Source: an uncultured bacterium | GTDB lineage: Bacteria > Patescibacteriota > Minisyncoccia > UBA6257 > 2-01-FULL-56-20 | NCBI GenBank assembly: GCA_963707865.1 | Contig: OY970175.1 | Location: 16,748-80,747, forward strand | Direction of reading: 5' to 3' | DNA: 64,000 bases | Part shown: positions 49,447 to 57,999 of the stretch, piece by piece | Numbering within the stretch: the first letter of the stretch is position 1 | How the letters are laid out: every line of letters begins with the position of its first letter | The notes under the pieces: model-generated | What the model saw: only the letters and a program-made list of their open reading frames with translations | Databases searched by the model: none | Told to the model about the DNA's origin: nothing | Translations under genes and position numbers: made by a program

Positions 49447-49640
49447 AGGAAAGCTTGCTTTCCTTTTTCCCTCGCTGCCAGGTATAATAATGGTGTCCCG
49501 CCACAGATCTCGGATCAAATAATTATAAAAGGGAGGACAAATCGCTGCGGTCCGTGGATTGCAGCTGAGCCCACCCACTTGGCGGAAAGCCAGAGATCAG
49601 GCGGGATAAGCAAGGGGCCGGCGCGATGCCGGCTTTTTGC
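49447..49640 (+). ncRNA. candidate small RNA unit: palindromic operator (AGGAAAGCTTGCTTTCCT), TATAAT at 49483-49488, ~140-nt transcript, terminator GCCGGC-GCGAT-GCCGGC-T5
   Basis: Promoter-like and terminator-like elements in the same orientation with no ORF between; RNA class not recognised. Confidence 0.35.
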
Positions 49641-49644
49641 TATC

Positions 49645-49816
49645 CTGCGGGTAATTTTGTTGTTCGAACCCGCTTCGGCTCGGGCACTGCGCTCGTTCGC
49701 TTACGAAAATTTGACACCCTCCGCGGCAAGCACGGGGGTCCCGTCAAATTTTCTGCTCACTCGCACGGTGCTGTTTCCTCGCCTCCGCTAGGTTCTCACA
49801 ACAAAATTACCCGCAG
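49645..49816. repeat. 172-nt nested palindromic element (19-bp perfect terminal arms CTGCGGGTAATTTTGTTGT / ACAACAAAATTACCCGCAG; inner 11-bp stem GAAAATTTGAC...GTCAAATTTTC)
   Basis: Seen directly in sequence; between the PEGA gene start and the 3' end of the pterin dehydratase gene; MITE-like or structured RNA. Confidence 0.6.
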
Positions 49817-49830
49817 AACAACAAATGTCG

Positions 49831-50160
49831 TTATTGCGCGGCAAGTTGATTGATCTTTGCGGCGAGGATGAAATCGTTCTCGGAGAGACCGCCGATGGCG
49901 TGCGTCGTGAGTTCAAAACGGACAAGATTGTAGAAGATGTAAATATCAGGATGGTGCCCCTCCGATTCTGCGAGGTCCGCTACCTTATTAACGAAAGCCA
50001 TCGCTTCTTTGAAATCTTTGAACTTGAATTCTTTCGTGATCTTTTTTCCATCGGGAGACGTCCAGCCGGGCGCGTACTTCAAATAGTTCGGCACGCGTTC
50101 GGGGTCCAGGGGCGGCATGCCGCCTTCGCACGGGATGCAATGTTTTTTCGTGAGGTCCAT
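49831..50160 (-). CDS. pterin-4a-carbinolamine dehydratase (PCD/DCoH)
   Basis: 109 aa; conserved EGHHPDI and C-terminal motifs of PCD. Confidence 0.75.
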   Translation of the reverse strand: MDLTKKHCIPCEGGMPPLDPERVPNYLKYAPGWTSPDGKKITKEFKFKDFKEAMAFVNKVADLAESEGHHPDIYIFYNLVRFELTTHAIGGLSENDFILAAKINQLAAQ

Positions 50161-50174
50161 AGAAGTAGGATATG

Positions 50175-51062
50175 TTAAAAACTTGAGGCGTTCACGTGGG
50201 CTGCGGCACTGACGATTTTGCCTAAGAGGTATGTCGCGAGTGCGGTGCCGAGCATTAAAGAGACCGATTCGCTAAACTCGCGCGTGAACTTCCTGTCAAA
50301 GATAACCGCGCCGTAGAATGTGAACGCGGCGAGGAGAATGATGCCGACCGAGGCGGAGGTGACGAATGCCATAAGCATCGTGCGGATGAGGAAATAGGGG
50401 AGCGCGAGGCAAATCACGGAGACCATGTAGGAGATGCCGGTGATGAACGCGGAAAGGACCGGTGACTTGCCCGGGTCTTGCTTCGCTTGGAGGTATGCCG
50501 CCGAGCCCATGGAAATCGCGGCGGCGAATCCGACGATGACGCCGGAGATACCGGCAATGAGCGTGGAACCCGTGACGCCGAGGAATCCCGCGTGCACGCC
50601 CGTGATCTCTACGATCGCGTCAGCGAGTCCGAGGGCCACAAACCCGACGTAAGCGACGCGTTTTTCCCTCAACTGTCCGATGAACGACTGCTCGTGCGAT
50701 TGTTCATCTTCAATGATTTTTTGTAAACGCTCTTTGTGTAAAGAGGGGAGAACGGGGAGCATTGCTTGGTACGTCGCGGTTGAATTCTTTTCGTGCGATT
50801 CCATCCACTTTGCCGTAAAAGTGACACCGAAGACGCTTGCAAGAAGCGGAGTAGCCCAGCGGCCGAACCAATAGGGCTTCGGATCAATGCCCGGCAGAAG
50901 CGTCTTCCAGAATTCGTAATGCGTTTTTTCGTGCGCGGAAAGCTTTTGGAGAAGTGCCTTGTTTTCCGGTTTTTTCTCGCGGCGCGCAAGCGCATGATAC
51001 ACGTAATGTTCCGTGATCTCATTCCGCGCGTGGGAGAGGTATTGTTCTTCGTTATGGTTCAT
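50175..51062 (-). CDS. VIT1/CCC1-family iron/manganese transporter with N-terminal ferritin-like domain
   Basis: Ferritin-like/rubrerythrin half (EHYVYHALARRE...EQSHEQSF) fused to a 5-TM VIT1 domain. Confidence 0.7.
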   Translation of the reverse strand: MNHNEEQYLSHARNEITEHYVYHALARREKKPENKALLQKLSAHEKTHYEFWKTLLPGIDPKPYWFGRWATPLLASVFGVTFTAKWMESHEKNSTATYQAMLPVLPSLHKERLQKIIEDEQSHEQSFIGQLREKRVAYVGFVALGLADAIVEITGVHAGFLGVTGSTLIAGISGVIVGFAAAISMGSAAYLQAKQDPGKSPVLSAFITGISYMVSVICLALPYFLIRTMLMAFVTSASVGIILLAAFTFYGAVIFDRKFTREFSESVSLMLGTALATYLLGKIVSAAAHVNASSF

Positions 51063-51064
51063 CG

Positions 51065-51135
51065 TCGGGCCGCCGGGAATCGAACCCGGTCTAAACGCAC
51101 CCCATGCGCTTGTACTACCGGTATACTACGGCCCG
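51065..51135 (-). tRNA. tRNA-Pro (anticodon GGG)
   Basis: Hand-folded: acceptor CGGGCCG/CGGCCCG, D arm GTAT-ACCGGTA-GTAC, anticodon stem AGCGC/GCGTT, loop ATGGGGT, T arm CCGGG-TTCGATT-CCCGG. Confidence 0.75.
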
Positions 51136-51140
51136 TCCTT

Positions 51141-51953
51141 CTATTTTCTTTTTCTTAATAACTCTACCACTTTTTTGAAGTTTTGCAGTTTTCGATTTAA
51201 ATCGGGGTGCAACCTCCCGCTGCGTAACTCTAGGGCGCTTACTTGCAATGCGATGGCATCGATGAAATATTTGAATAATTTTCTTTCAAAGTCGGGGTGT
51301 TCGTTCGGAGAAGGAGAAAATTCGTTTATTCCTTTTTCAACCAGATCGCTCGGAAATGCAAAATAAAAGAGAGGAACGTGGGCAACGCTGTCTAGGGCTA
51401 TGCCCTTCTTCCCATCCTCATCGCCGAGCCGAAAACCGTATTTCAAGGTCGCGCCGCCGCCGTTGATGTTGCGGTCCTGTACCAGCGCCTTCTTATTTTC
51501 AAAAGCATCGCCTTCCATTGCGCCGACCTCGTCGAAGGCGCAGACAAGATTTCCGGTCACCTTTTCAAAAATAATCGTATCAACCCCGTGTATCATGTCG
51601 TCGTGGGGCGATGATCGGGCAATGATGAAACCAGATCCGAAATATTTGTGGAAGAGGGCGTAGGCAAGCATTTCTAGTTTTTCGCCGCCAGTCATCAGCC
51701 GCTCTTTGTGAAGCATCTCGGCGTTCAGTTGGCCTTCCCTTGTATGCGCAAGATCTTGTCCGGCTTCGGGGTAGATTGCCTTATAGGCAAGCATGTCGAT
51801 GCGCCCATCTGGCCGCAGGGGGACACCCTGCATTCGGGCTTCCGCCGCCGCTGTTTCAATAAATGCCTCAAGACGCTTTAATCCTGAGCGGCCTTCTGCG
51901 ACGGGGGGTTGTACTTCAAGAGGTTTCACTTTGTGACTATGCGGTTTTAGCAC
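51141..51953 (-). CDS. hypothetical protein
   Basis: 270 aa, no recognised domain. Confidence 0.35.
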   Translation of the reverse strand: MLKPHSHKVKPLEVQPPVAEGRSGLKRLEAFIETAAAEARMQGVPLRPDGRIDMLAYKAIYPEAGQDLAHTREGQLNAEMLHKERLMTGGEKLEMLAYALFHKYFGSGFIIARSSPHDDMIHGVDTIIFEKVTGNLVCAFDEVGAMEGDAFENKKALVQDRNINGGGATLKYGFRLGDEDGKKGIALDSVAHVPLFYFAFPSDLVEKGINEFSPSPNEHPDFERKLFKYFIDAIALQVSALELRSGRLHPDLNRKLQNFKKVVELLRKRK

Positions 51954-52137
51954 CCGCTGGCTTTTTTGCGAGTGTCTTCAGGCAATTCGTGCAGATGAGC
52001 TTCCGCACGCCGTTTACTTTGGCGTACTGCAAATTGGGATACTTGCGGCTCCAGTTCACGGGGTTATAGTGGCCGCGAAGCAGGCGGCGCGCGCCGCCCA
52101 TTTGTGAGCCCTTATGGCAGAGAGCACATTGTCTCAT
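51937..52137 (-). CDS. rpmB: 50S ribosomal protein L28 (zinc-ribbon type)
   Basis: MRQCALCHKG...KYPNLQ...LICTNCLK fits the L28 C-x2-C...C-x2-C pattern; internal ATG chosen. Confidence 0.55.
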   Translation of the reverse strand: MRQCALCHKGSQMGGARRLLRGHYNPVNWSRKYPNLQYAKVNGVRKLICTNCLKTLAKKPAGAKTA

Positions 52138-52252
52138 GGCGATTATGATATGCGAAAACGGAACTTTTTGCAACTCCGCACGGTTACTGGTTGGGCATTG
52201 CGCCGGGCACGGGGCGCGCGGCGCAGGGGGTCCCGGTCAGCGTCGTCCCGCG

Positions 52253-52738
52253 CTACTCCGCCTTCACGTTCAGCTTCTTCGATTTCCTTTTGTTCGCTTT
52301 TGGCAAATGCACCGTGAGGATGCCGTTCTTGAAGGTCACGCTCGCGCCCTCGGGATCAACTTCTTGGGGAAGGATGATGGAGCGTGCGAACCGGCCCCAG
52401 TAGCATTCCTGATACAGATAATCCTCGCTCTCGGCGCTCCGTACGCGCTCACGCGCGCCGCGGATCACGATGGAATCAGGCGTCACATTCACGTCAATAT
52501 CCTCCGGCTTCACGCCCGCGATCGCGGATTCCACGACGATTTCCGAAGGCGTCTGGTATACGTCTACAGTGAGCTGCCCCTCCGGTTCGTTCACAGGCTC
52601 TAGTTTCTGGCGCGTCGCTTTCGGCCGCGCGGCGAGTACGCTCGCGTCGGCTTTTGCGAGTTCAACTTCGTAATGTGCACCGGCATCCGACTTCGCACCC
52701 GCCAATGATTCAAAAAATTTTTCGTCTTGCGTGTCCAT
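52253..52738 (-). CDS. Hsp20/alpha-crystallin family small heat-shock protein
   Basis: Alpha-crystallin domain (VDVYQTPSEIVVESAIAGVKPEDIDV...GILTVHLPK). Confidence 0.8.
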   Translation of the reverse strand: MDTQDEKFFESLAGAKSDAGAHYEVELAKADASVLAARPKATRQKLEPVNEPEGQLTVDVYQTPSEIVVESAIAGVKPEDIDVNVTPDSIVIRGARERVRSAESEDYLYQECYWGRFARSIILPQEVDPEGASVTFKNGILTVHLPKANKRKSKKLNVKAE

Positions 52739-52740
52739 AA

Positions 52741-53430
52741 TTATGCAGGGGATACTTTCAATTTCTCAAAGTCGTTCAGTACGAAGAAGCCGACGATGAG
52801 AAGGAATACGACCACATACGTCGCATCCCCGTAATTCAGTATAAGATAGTTGAAAAATGCGTGCAAGGCAGTAGCGATTACAAGGCCAATCACAAGATTT
52901 TGCCCTATTTTCTTCCGCGCAATGCCGAGTGCCCAGTGGTATCCCACGATGCCCGACGTGAGCGCATGGAGTAGGGTGGCGCCCACGAACCGGAGCGAGG
53001 CGGTCGCGAAGAACATGCCAACCAGTGCCGTCTGCGAAACTCCGAGAGAGATATTAGAAACGGCACCGATATTCTCCAACGTCGCGAATCCCATCGCGGC
53101 CACGATCATGTAAAGCATGCGTTCCACCGGCTCATCAAGCAGCGGGCTTTTGCCGACCGCGAAATACGCCGCGCCGAATTTCATCACTTCTTCAATGAGC
53201 GCGAGTCCCGCGAGCGAAATAAGGGAAAATTCCTGGATACCCCATTGGTTCTCCGCATGGCCAAATATCTGTTCAATAACAATCGTGAAGAACCCGAACG
53301 CAACGCCCACGAAGAATGTGAGCACGATCAGGCGCTTCGGCTCGGGATGCGGTTCTTCGGTGAAATAAAACACGAGCCAGGCGAATCCGGGCAGGAGGCC
53401 GAACACGAGCGTGACAACAACCAAGGGCAT
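52741..53430 (-). CDS. PrsW-family intramembrane glutamic protease
   Basis: Polytopic; conserved EExxK (IEEVMKF), FATLEN and HALTSG motifs. Confidence 0.7.
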   Translation of the reverse strand: MPLVVVTLVFGLLPGFAWLVFYFTEEPHPEPKRLIVLTFFVGVAFGFFTIVIEQIFGHAENQWGIQEFSLISLAGLALIEEVMKFGAAYFAVGKSPLLDEPVERMLYMIVAAMGFATLENIGAVSNISLGVSQTALVGMFFATASLRFVGATLLHALTSGIVGYHWALGIARKKIGQNLVIGLVIATALHAFFNYLILNYGDATYVVVFLLIVGFFVLNDFEKLKVSPA

Positions 53431-53450
53431 TGTTTTATTGTATCATCTCG

Positions 53451-55607
53451 CTACCACCTCTCTACCATGAGCATTTTCCCCGGGCGGAAAATATCGTATA
53501 TCTCTTCCGTGAGGAATGGCATGAACGGATGGAGCATTTTGAGCGACTCCAAGAGCAGGTGTTCAAGGAGCGCGTAGCTTTCCGCTTTTTCTGCCGCGGT
53601 GCCGTCGCGGAGCTTATTTTTTTTGGCCTCCACAATCTTGTCGGCAACCGTATGCCAGACATAATGATAAAGTTTTTCCGCCGCGAGATGGAAATCAAAA
53701 CTTTCAAGGTGTGCCGTCACTTCTTTTTTGAGCGCGGCGAGCTCTTTTACTTCTTCGTGCTTTGCGAGCGCCGGCTCGTCCGCACGCGCGGCGTTCGCGG
53801 TGGCGGTCGTGGCGTCAGCGGCGTCCATTTCCACGGGTTTGTTCATCTGGATAAACCGCGCGATGTTCCAGAGCTTCGTGGAGAAGTTGCGATAGCCGCG
53901 GATACGGTTCTCGCTGAGCGCGAGCGATGTGCCGGGGGTGTTGCCAATAATCAGTCCGATTCGGAAAGCGTCGGTGCCGTACTTTACGGTAAGATCAAGC
54001 GGGTTGATAACGTTATTACGGCTCTTACTCATTTTTTTCCCCTTGGCATCAAGGACAAGACCATGGAGATAGACAGTCTTGAAGGGGACCGTGCCGGTAA
54101 CATAAAGGCCGAACATGATCATGCGCGCGACCCAGAAAAAGATGATTTCCCCGGCAGTTTCCATGACGCTCGTGGGATAAAAAGTTTTGAAATCCTTTGA
54201 ATCGGGATAGCCCAAGCTGGCGTATGGCCACTGGCCTGACGAGAACCATGTGTCAAAGGTATCGGTTTCCTGCCGCACGTCGCTTTTGCAGTCGGGGCAT
54301 TTTATAACGGTATTTTCAATGTCTACGACGCCTTTGCCGCATCGTTCGCAAATCTTCGCGGGGATAGGGATTCCCCATACGATCTGTCGCGAGATGTTCC
54401 AGTCGATGATGTTCTCAAGCCAGTGGAGAGATATCTTTTTATAGTGCTCCGGCAGGAACGTGACGTCACCACGCTCAATAGCTTTGATAGCCGGCGCTGC
54501 AAGCGGCTTCATTTTCACGAACCATTGGTCTTTGATCTGGGGTTCGATGAGCGTTCCGCACTTGTAGCATTTTTTCACCACATGGGCATAATGCTCGTCT
54601 ATCTTTTCAACGAGTCCTTTGGCTTTCAGTTTCTCAATGATTTTCGGCCGTGCGTCCAATATTTTCATGCCGGCAAATTCTCCCGCGATGGGGAGAAGCC
54701 GCCCGTTGAAGTCAATGATCTGTTCCCGGTCCAGCCCGTGCCGTTCGGCGATTTCAAAATCCACGGGATCGTGCCAGGGAGTTATTGTCATGACGCCAGT
54801 CCCAAAGCCCATGTCAATGGCGGTATCCTTGATTATCGTCGCCGTGATGGGGCCATTGATCCACTCCAATTCTATTTTTTGACCATCTTTGTACTTTGTG
54901 TACCGTTTGTCGTCAGGGTGCATGACGACATATTTGTCTCCGAACTTTGTTTCGGGCCGCGCCGTGGCGATCGTGAACGGCCCGTATCTCAGATAATAAA
55001 ATTTGTCGGTTTGCTCCTCATCGCTGGTTTCGAGGTCCGAGAGCGATGTTTGATGCTTGGGGCACCAGTTTACGATTTTTCTCCCGCGATATACCAAACC
55101 GTCATTCGCCAGCTTCTTGAAGGTATGATACACAGTTTTCACGACATCGGGGTCAAGCGTGAATTTTTCGCGCGACCAGTCGCACGATGCTCCCATACTC
55201 CTCGTTTGGTCCTCTATATTTTTCTTGTTGTTGAGCGTGAATTCCGATATCTCTTTATAAAGCTGGTCGTGGTCCATGCCAAAACGGGAACGTCCTTCTT
55301 TCTCCAATTGCCGTTCGTACACAACTTGCGTTTCAAATCCGGCGTGGTCCAATCCCGGCAACCATAAGGTTTTGTGACCGCGCATCCTATGATAACGCGT
55401 CATGATGTCTTCCACGGTGAGCACAAGGCCGTGGCCCGCATGAAGATTGCCGTTCGCGTTCGTTGGCGGCATGATAATCGTGAACGGTTTGGCGTCCGGC
55501 TCAGCCACTCCTTTTTCGACGCAAACGTCGGGATTGAAAAATCCGGATTTTTCCCAGCGCTCGTAAATTCTGGACTCAACTTCTTTTATGTCGTAGCGCG
55601 GTTCCAT
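53451..55607 (-). CDS. valS: valyl-tRNA synthetase (compact, 718 aa)
   Basis: HIGH-type motif PPTNANGNLHAGHG, LWLPGLDHAGFETQ, KMSKS (KMSKSRNN); no long C-terminal coiled coil. Confidence 0.85.
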   Translation of the reverse strand: MEPRYDIKEVESRIYERWEKSGFFNPDVCVEKGVAEPDAKPFTIIMPPTNANGNLHAGHGLVLTVEDIMTRYHRMRGHKTLWLPGLDHAGFETQVVYERQLEKEGRSRFGMDHDQLYKEISEFTLNNKKNIEDQTRSMGASCDWSREKFTLDPDVVKTVYHTFKKLANDGLVYRGRKIVNWCPKHQTSLSDLETSDEEQTDKFYYLRYGPFTIATARPETKFGDKYVVMHPDDKRYTKYKDGQKIELEWINGPITATIIKDTAIDMGFGTGVMTITPWHDPVDFEIAERHGLDREQIIDFNGRLLPIAGEFAGMKILDARPKIIEKLKAKGLVEKIDEHYAHVVKKCYKCGTLIEPQIKDQWFVKMKPLAAPAIKAIERGDVTFLPEHYKKISLHWLENIIDWNISRQIVWGIPIPAKICERCGKGVVDIENTVIKCPDCKSDVRQETDTFDTWFSSGQWPYASLGYPDSKDFKTFYPTSVMETAGEIIFFWVARMIMFGLYVTGTVPFKTVYLHGLVLDAKGKKMSKSRNNVINPLDLTVKYGTDAFRIGLIIGNTPGTSLALSENRIRGYRNFSTKLWNIARFIQMNKPVEMDAADATTATANAARADEPALAKHEEVKELAALKKEVTAHLESFDFHLAAEKLYHYVWHTVADKIVEAKKNKLRDGTAAEKAESYALLEHLLLESLKMLHPFMPFLTEEIYDIFRPGKMLMVERW

Positions 55608-55693
55608 GACGTAATAAGCCCATCATACGCGTTTTTCGCACGTTTTTAAAGATATAAAAAAGAAGGCAAAAAAGTGTGACCGCCCGGTTCTTT

Positions 55694-56143
55694 CTACGAA
55701 GAATCCGGGCGGCGGATGAGTCTCACGATGGAGATACCGATAGACACTCCCATCGTTACCCCAGACGAAACGTTACCTGTCAGGGCACCGTAGGAGTATG
55801 TCCAAAAGCAAGTAAAGAGGAGGCAGGAATTACAGATGGTGCGTTCCAGTCCCTCCGCTGTGAGGCGTTCCCAAAACAACGCCGCTCCGCCAACCAACAT
55901 GGCCACCCAAGGAGCGACACATTTTGGTTGAATTATCGATCCTATTATAACAGCGAAGAGGGCGACGCTCCCAAGGGCCAAGAGAAATCCAATAATTACG
56001 TCCTCAATGAAGTAAGGTCCCTTTTCGTGCCACCACTGTTTCGGCGATTGTGGGAATAATCGTTTCAGCAGTCGTTTCGCGCGCAGATACCCGATTAACA
56101 AAGAGCGTCGGATGCGCCATCCTATTCTAATCATTTGGTGCAT
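55694..56143 (-). CDS. hypothetical membrane protein
   Basis: 149 aa with 3-4 hydrophobic helices. Confidence 0.3.
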   Translation of the reverse strand: MHQMIRIGWRIRRSLLIGYLRAKRLLKRLFPQSPKQWWHEKGPYFIEDVIIGFLLALGSVALFAVIIGSIIQPKCVAPWVAMLVGGAALFWERLTAEGLERTICNSCLLFTCFWTYSYGALTGNVSSGVTMGVSIGISIVRLIRRPDSS

Positions 56144-56203
56144 TGTGCACCTCCCGCTAATTGTTGTAATGCTCGGTCAGCGTTTTGTCAACCTGCCGCC
56201 GGT

Positions 56204-57319
56204 CTATCGTACCGCTTGGAGATAGGCAATGAGTGAATTCCACGCGTCGTGAACGGCGGGGAAGAGTGCGATTGTGGTGTAAATAAAGAGGATGAGGAGG
56301 ATCAGCGTAAGGAACCCGCTTTCGTGATGGTGATAGTAGTAGCCGTTGCGGGAATAGCAGTGGGCGTTGTGGATGAGATGCCGGAAGGGGAGCGAGACAA
56401 GCCAGAAGAGGGCGATGATAAATACGATGGAAACCCAGAGTGGATGGCCAACGCCTAAAGCATGTCCGAAGACCGTGCCGTGGAAAACGAGCGACCAGAG
56501 CGCGATGACAAAGAGTACGAAGAGTGCAACGCTCACGATCGTTCCGACGAGCGCGCCGAACCAGCCGCACGCGCCGCATCCGCGATGCTCCGCGCGTGCT
56601 TCCTCGCGCCGCATGTCCCGGTCCCTTCGCCGTTCCTTCCGCCACGCGTGCCGCTTCGCGCGCATCTCGTACTTCCACGCGCGCATTTTTTGTTTCCATT
56701 CCTGCTTGCTTTTGCTCGGATCGGGTTGGTATTTTTCGTATTCCACCCGCGCTCGGTCAATGAAATCCTGCGCGGTGAGCGGCGGTTCGCCATGTGCCTG
56801 CGCGATCTCATCTTCCGTGTGCGCGATGGGCATCACGAGCGTGAGGACAATATATGCGACGATCCAACCCCCGCCTGTAAATATAGTGAGCAGCACAAAA
56901 AGCACGCGGACGAGCGTAACGTCAATATTGAAATACGCCGCAAGGCCGGTGCAGACACCCTTCAACATCGATCCTTCAAAGATGCGATAGAGCCGCTTCG
57001 GCGCTGCGGATTTTTTTTGAGCGCCGGATGCAGCTGCACCTGCGTCCGTATCCGCGCCCGCCCGCGCTCCCTCCACGGGCCCCATCTTCGCGATGATCTC
57101 TTCCACCTCTTTTTCCGTGACTACGTTTTTCCCGCCGCGCAAATAGCTGTCGCACTTGTCCGCGATCGCCTGTTCAAAGTCCGCCATGATCTCGTCCTTG
57201 TCCGGATTATCTCTGAGTGTCGTAGCGGCGTGATCCAAATATTTTCGCAAGGCATCGTAGCCCGCTTCCTCCAACTGGTACGCCCTGCCGTTCAGATTGA
57301 TGGTGATAACTTTATTCAT
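56204..57319 (-). CDS. PspC-domain stress-response membrane protein
   Basis: PspC domain RLYRIFEGSMLKGVCTGLAAYFNIDVTLVRVLFVLL; basic cytoplasmic loop; additional TM helices; start trimmed to MNKVITINL. Confidence 0.7.
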   Translation of the reverse strand: MNKVITINLNGRAYQLEEAGYDALRKYLDHAATTLRDNPDKDEIMADFEQAIADKCDSYLRGGKNVVTEKEVEEIIAKMGPVEGARAGADTDAGAAASGAQKKSAAPKRLYRIFEGSMLKGVCTGLAAYFNIDVTLVRVLFVLLTIFTGGGWIVAYIVLTLVMPIAHTEDEIAQAHGEPPLTAQDFIDRARVEYEKYQPDPSKSKQEWKQKMRAWKYEMRAKRHAWRKERRRDRDMRREEARAEHRGCGACGWFGALVGTIVSVALFVLFVIALWSLVFHGTVFGHALGVGHPLWVSIVFIIALFWLVSLPFRHLIHNAHCYSRNGYYYHHHESGFLTLILLILFIYTTIALFPAVHDAWNSLIAYLQAVR

Positions 57320-57678
57320 ATTCTTGTTTTGATTTGTTTTGTTCCGACTTTTTTGATGAATTTGTCCAGGATTTCCCAATATGCTTCCAATTCCTCAAGC
57401 TGCTCCTTGCCTCCGTCCGTGAGGCGATAATATTTCCGCGGCGGGCCTGCGGCGGACTCCACCCATTCATAGTCCACGCTCCCCTCACGCCGGAGCTCGC
57501 TCAAAAGGGGATAGAGCGTGCCCTCCTGCGTTTCAAATTCGGTGTCCACGAGGATCTGCAGAATATCCGCGGCGTAGACCTTGTGCGCCCCGATGATCTT
57601 TAAAACCACGAGCTCAAGAAGGCCCTTCCGTATCGGGGTGAATTTGTCCTTTGCTTTAGGCGCCTTTTCTGTGGGCAT
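57316..57678 (-). CDS. PadR-family transcriptional regulator
   Basis: Winged-helix motif LVVLKIIGAHKVYAADILQ...GTLYPLLSELRREG; stop overlaps the pspC start. Confidence 0.8.
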   Translation of the reverse strand: MPTEKAPKAKDKFTPIRKGLLELVVLKIIGAHKVYAADILQILVDTEFETQEGTLYPLLSELRREGSVDYEWVESAAGPPRKYYRLTDGGKEQLEELEAYWEILDKFIKKVGTKQIKTRI

Positions 57679-57683
57679 AGTCC

Positions 57684-57712
57684 CATTATAGCAAGCTACC
57701 TTGCTGTGTCAA
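57684..57712 (-). promoter_or_regulatory. canonical sigma-70-type promoter (TTGACA-N16-TATAAT) with palindrome AGCAAG-GTAG-CTTGCT in the spacer; -10 ends 6 nt before the padR ATG
   Basis: Minus strand reads TTGACACAGCAAGGTAGCTTGCTATAATGGGACTATG. Confidence 0.55.
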
Positions 57713-57764
57713 GGTACCGCCTGTGGATAACAAAATATGTTATACTCAACCCTACAACTAAACA

Positions 57765-57918
57765 GTTTATCTTGAGCGTGGCGAGGGAACTGGCCCAATG
57801 ACCCACCGACAACCCCCGGCAAGGCGCAATTGCGCGGCGACGAAAGGGTGTCACATCCAGCCCGCAAGGGAAAGATAAAGGTCGCAATGCTTTTCTTTGG
57901 GGAAGGGCATTTTTTATT
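57765..57918 (+). promoter_or_regulatory. SAM-I (S-box) riboswitch with terminator-type expression platform
   Basis: TTATCTTGAGCGTGGCGAGGGAACTGGCCCAATGACCCACCGACAACC ... GAAAGATAAAGG matches the S-box P1/P2/kink-turn/P3 consensus; followed by hairpin and T7 run; upstream of metK. Confidence 0.8.
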
Positions 57919-57999
57919 CTGTTCGGTTGGGAAATTGTTTGCGGGAGGTTTTCCTGAAGGCGCCGGAAAATAAATTAAATAGAAATAAATTAATTAAAA

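Noticed and set aside
50793-51366. Two + strand ORFs (50793-51158, 51013-51366)
   Set aside because: Antisense to the VIT transporter gene and overlapping tRNA-Pro; spurious
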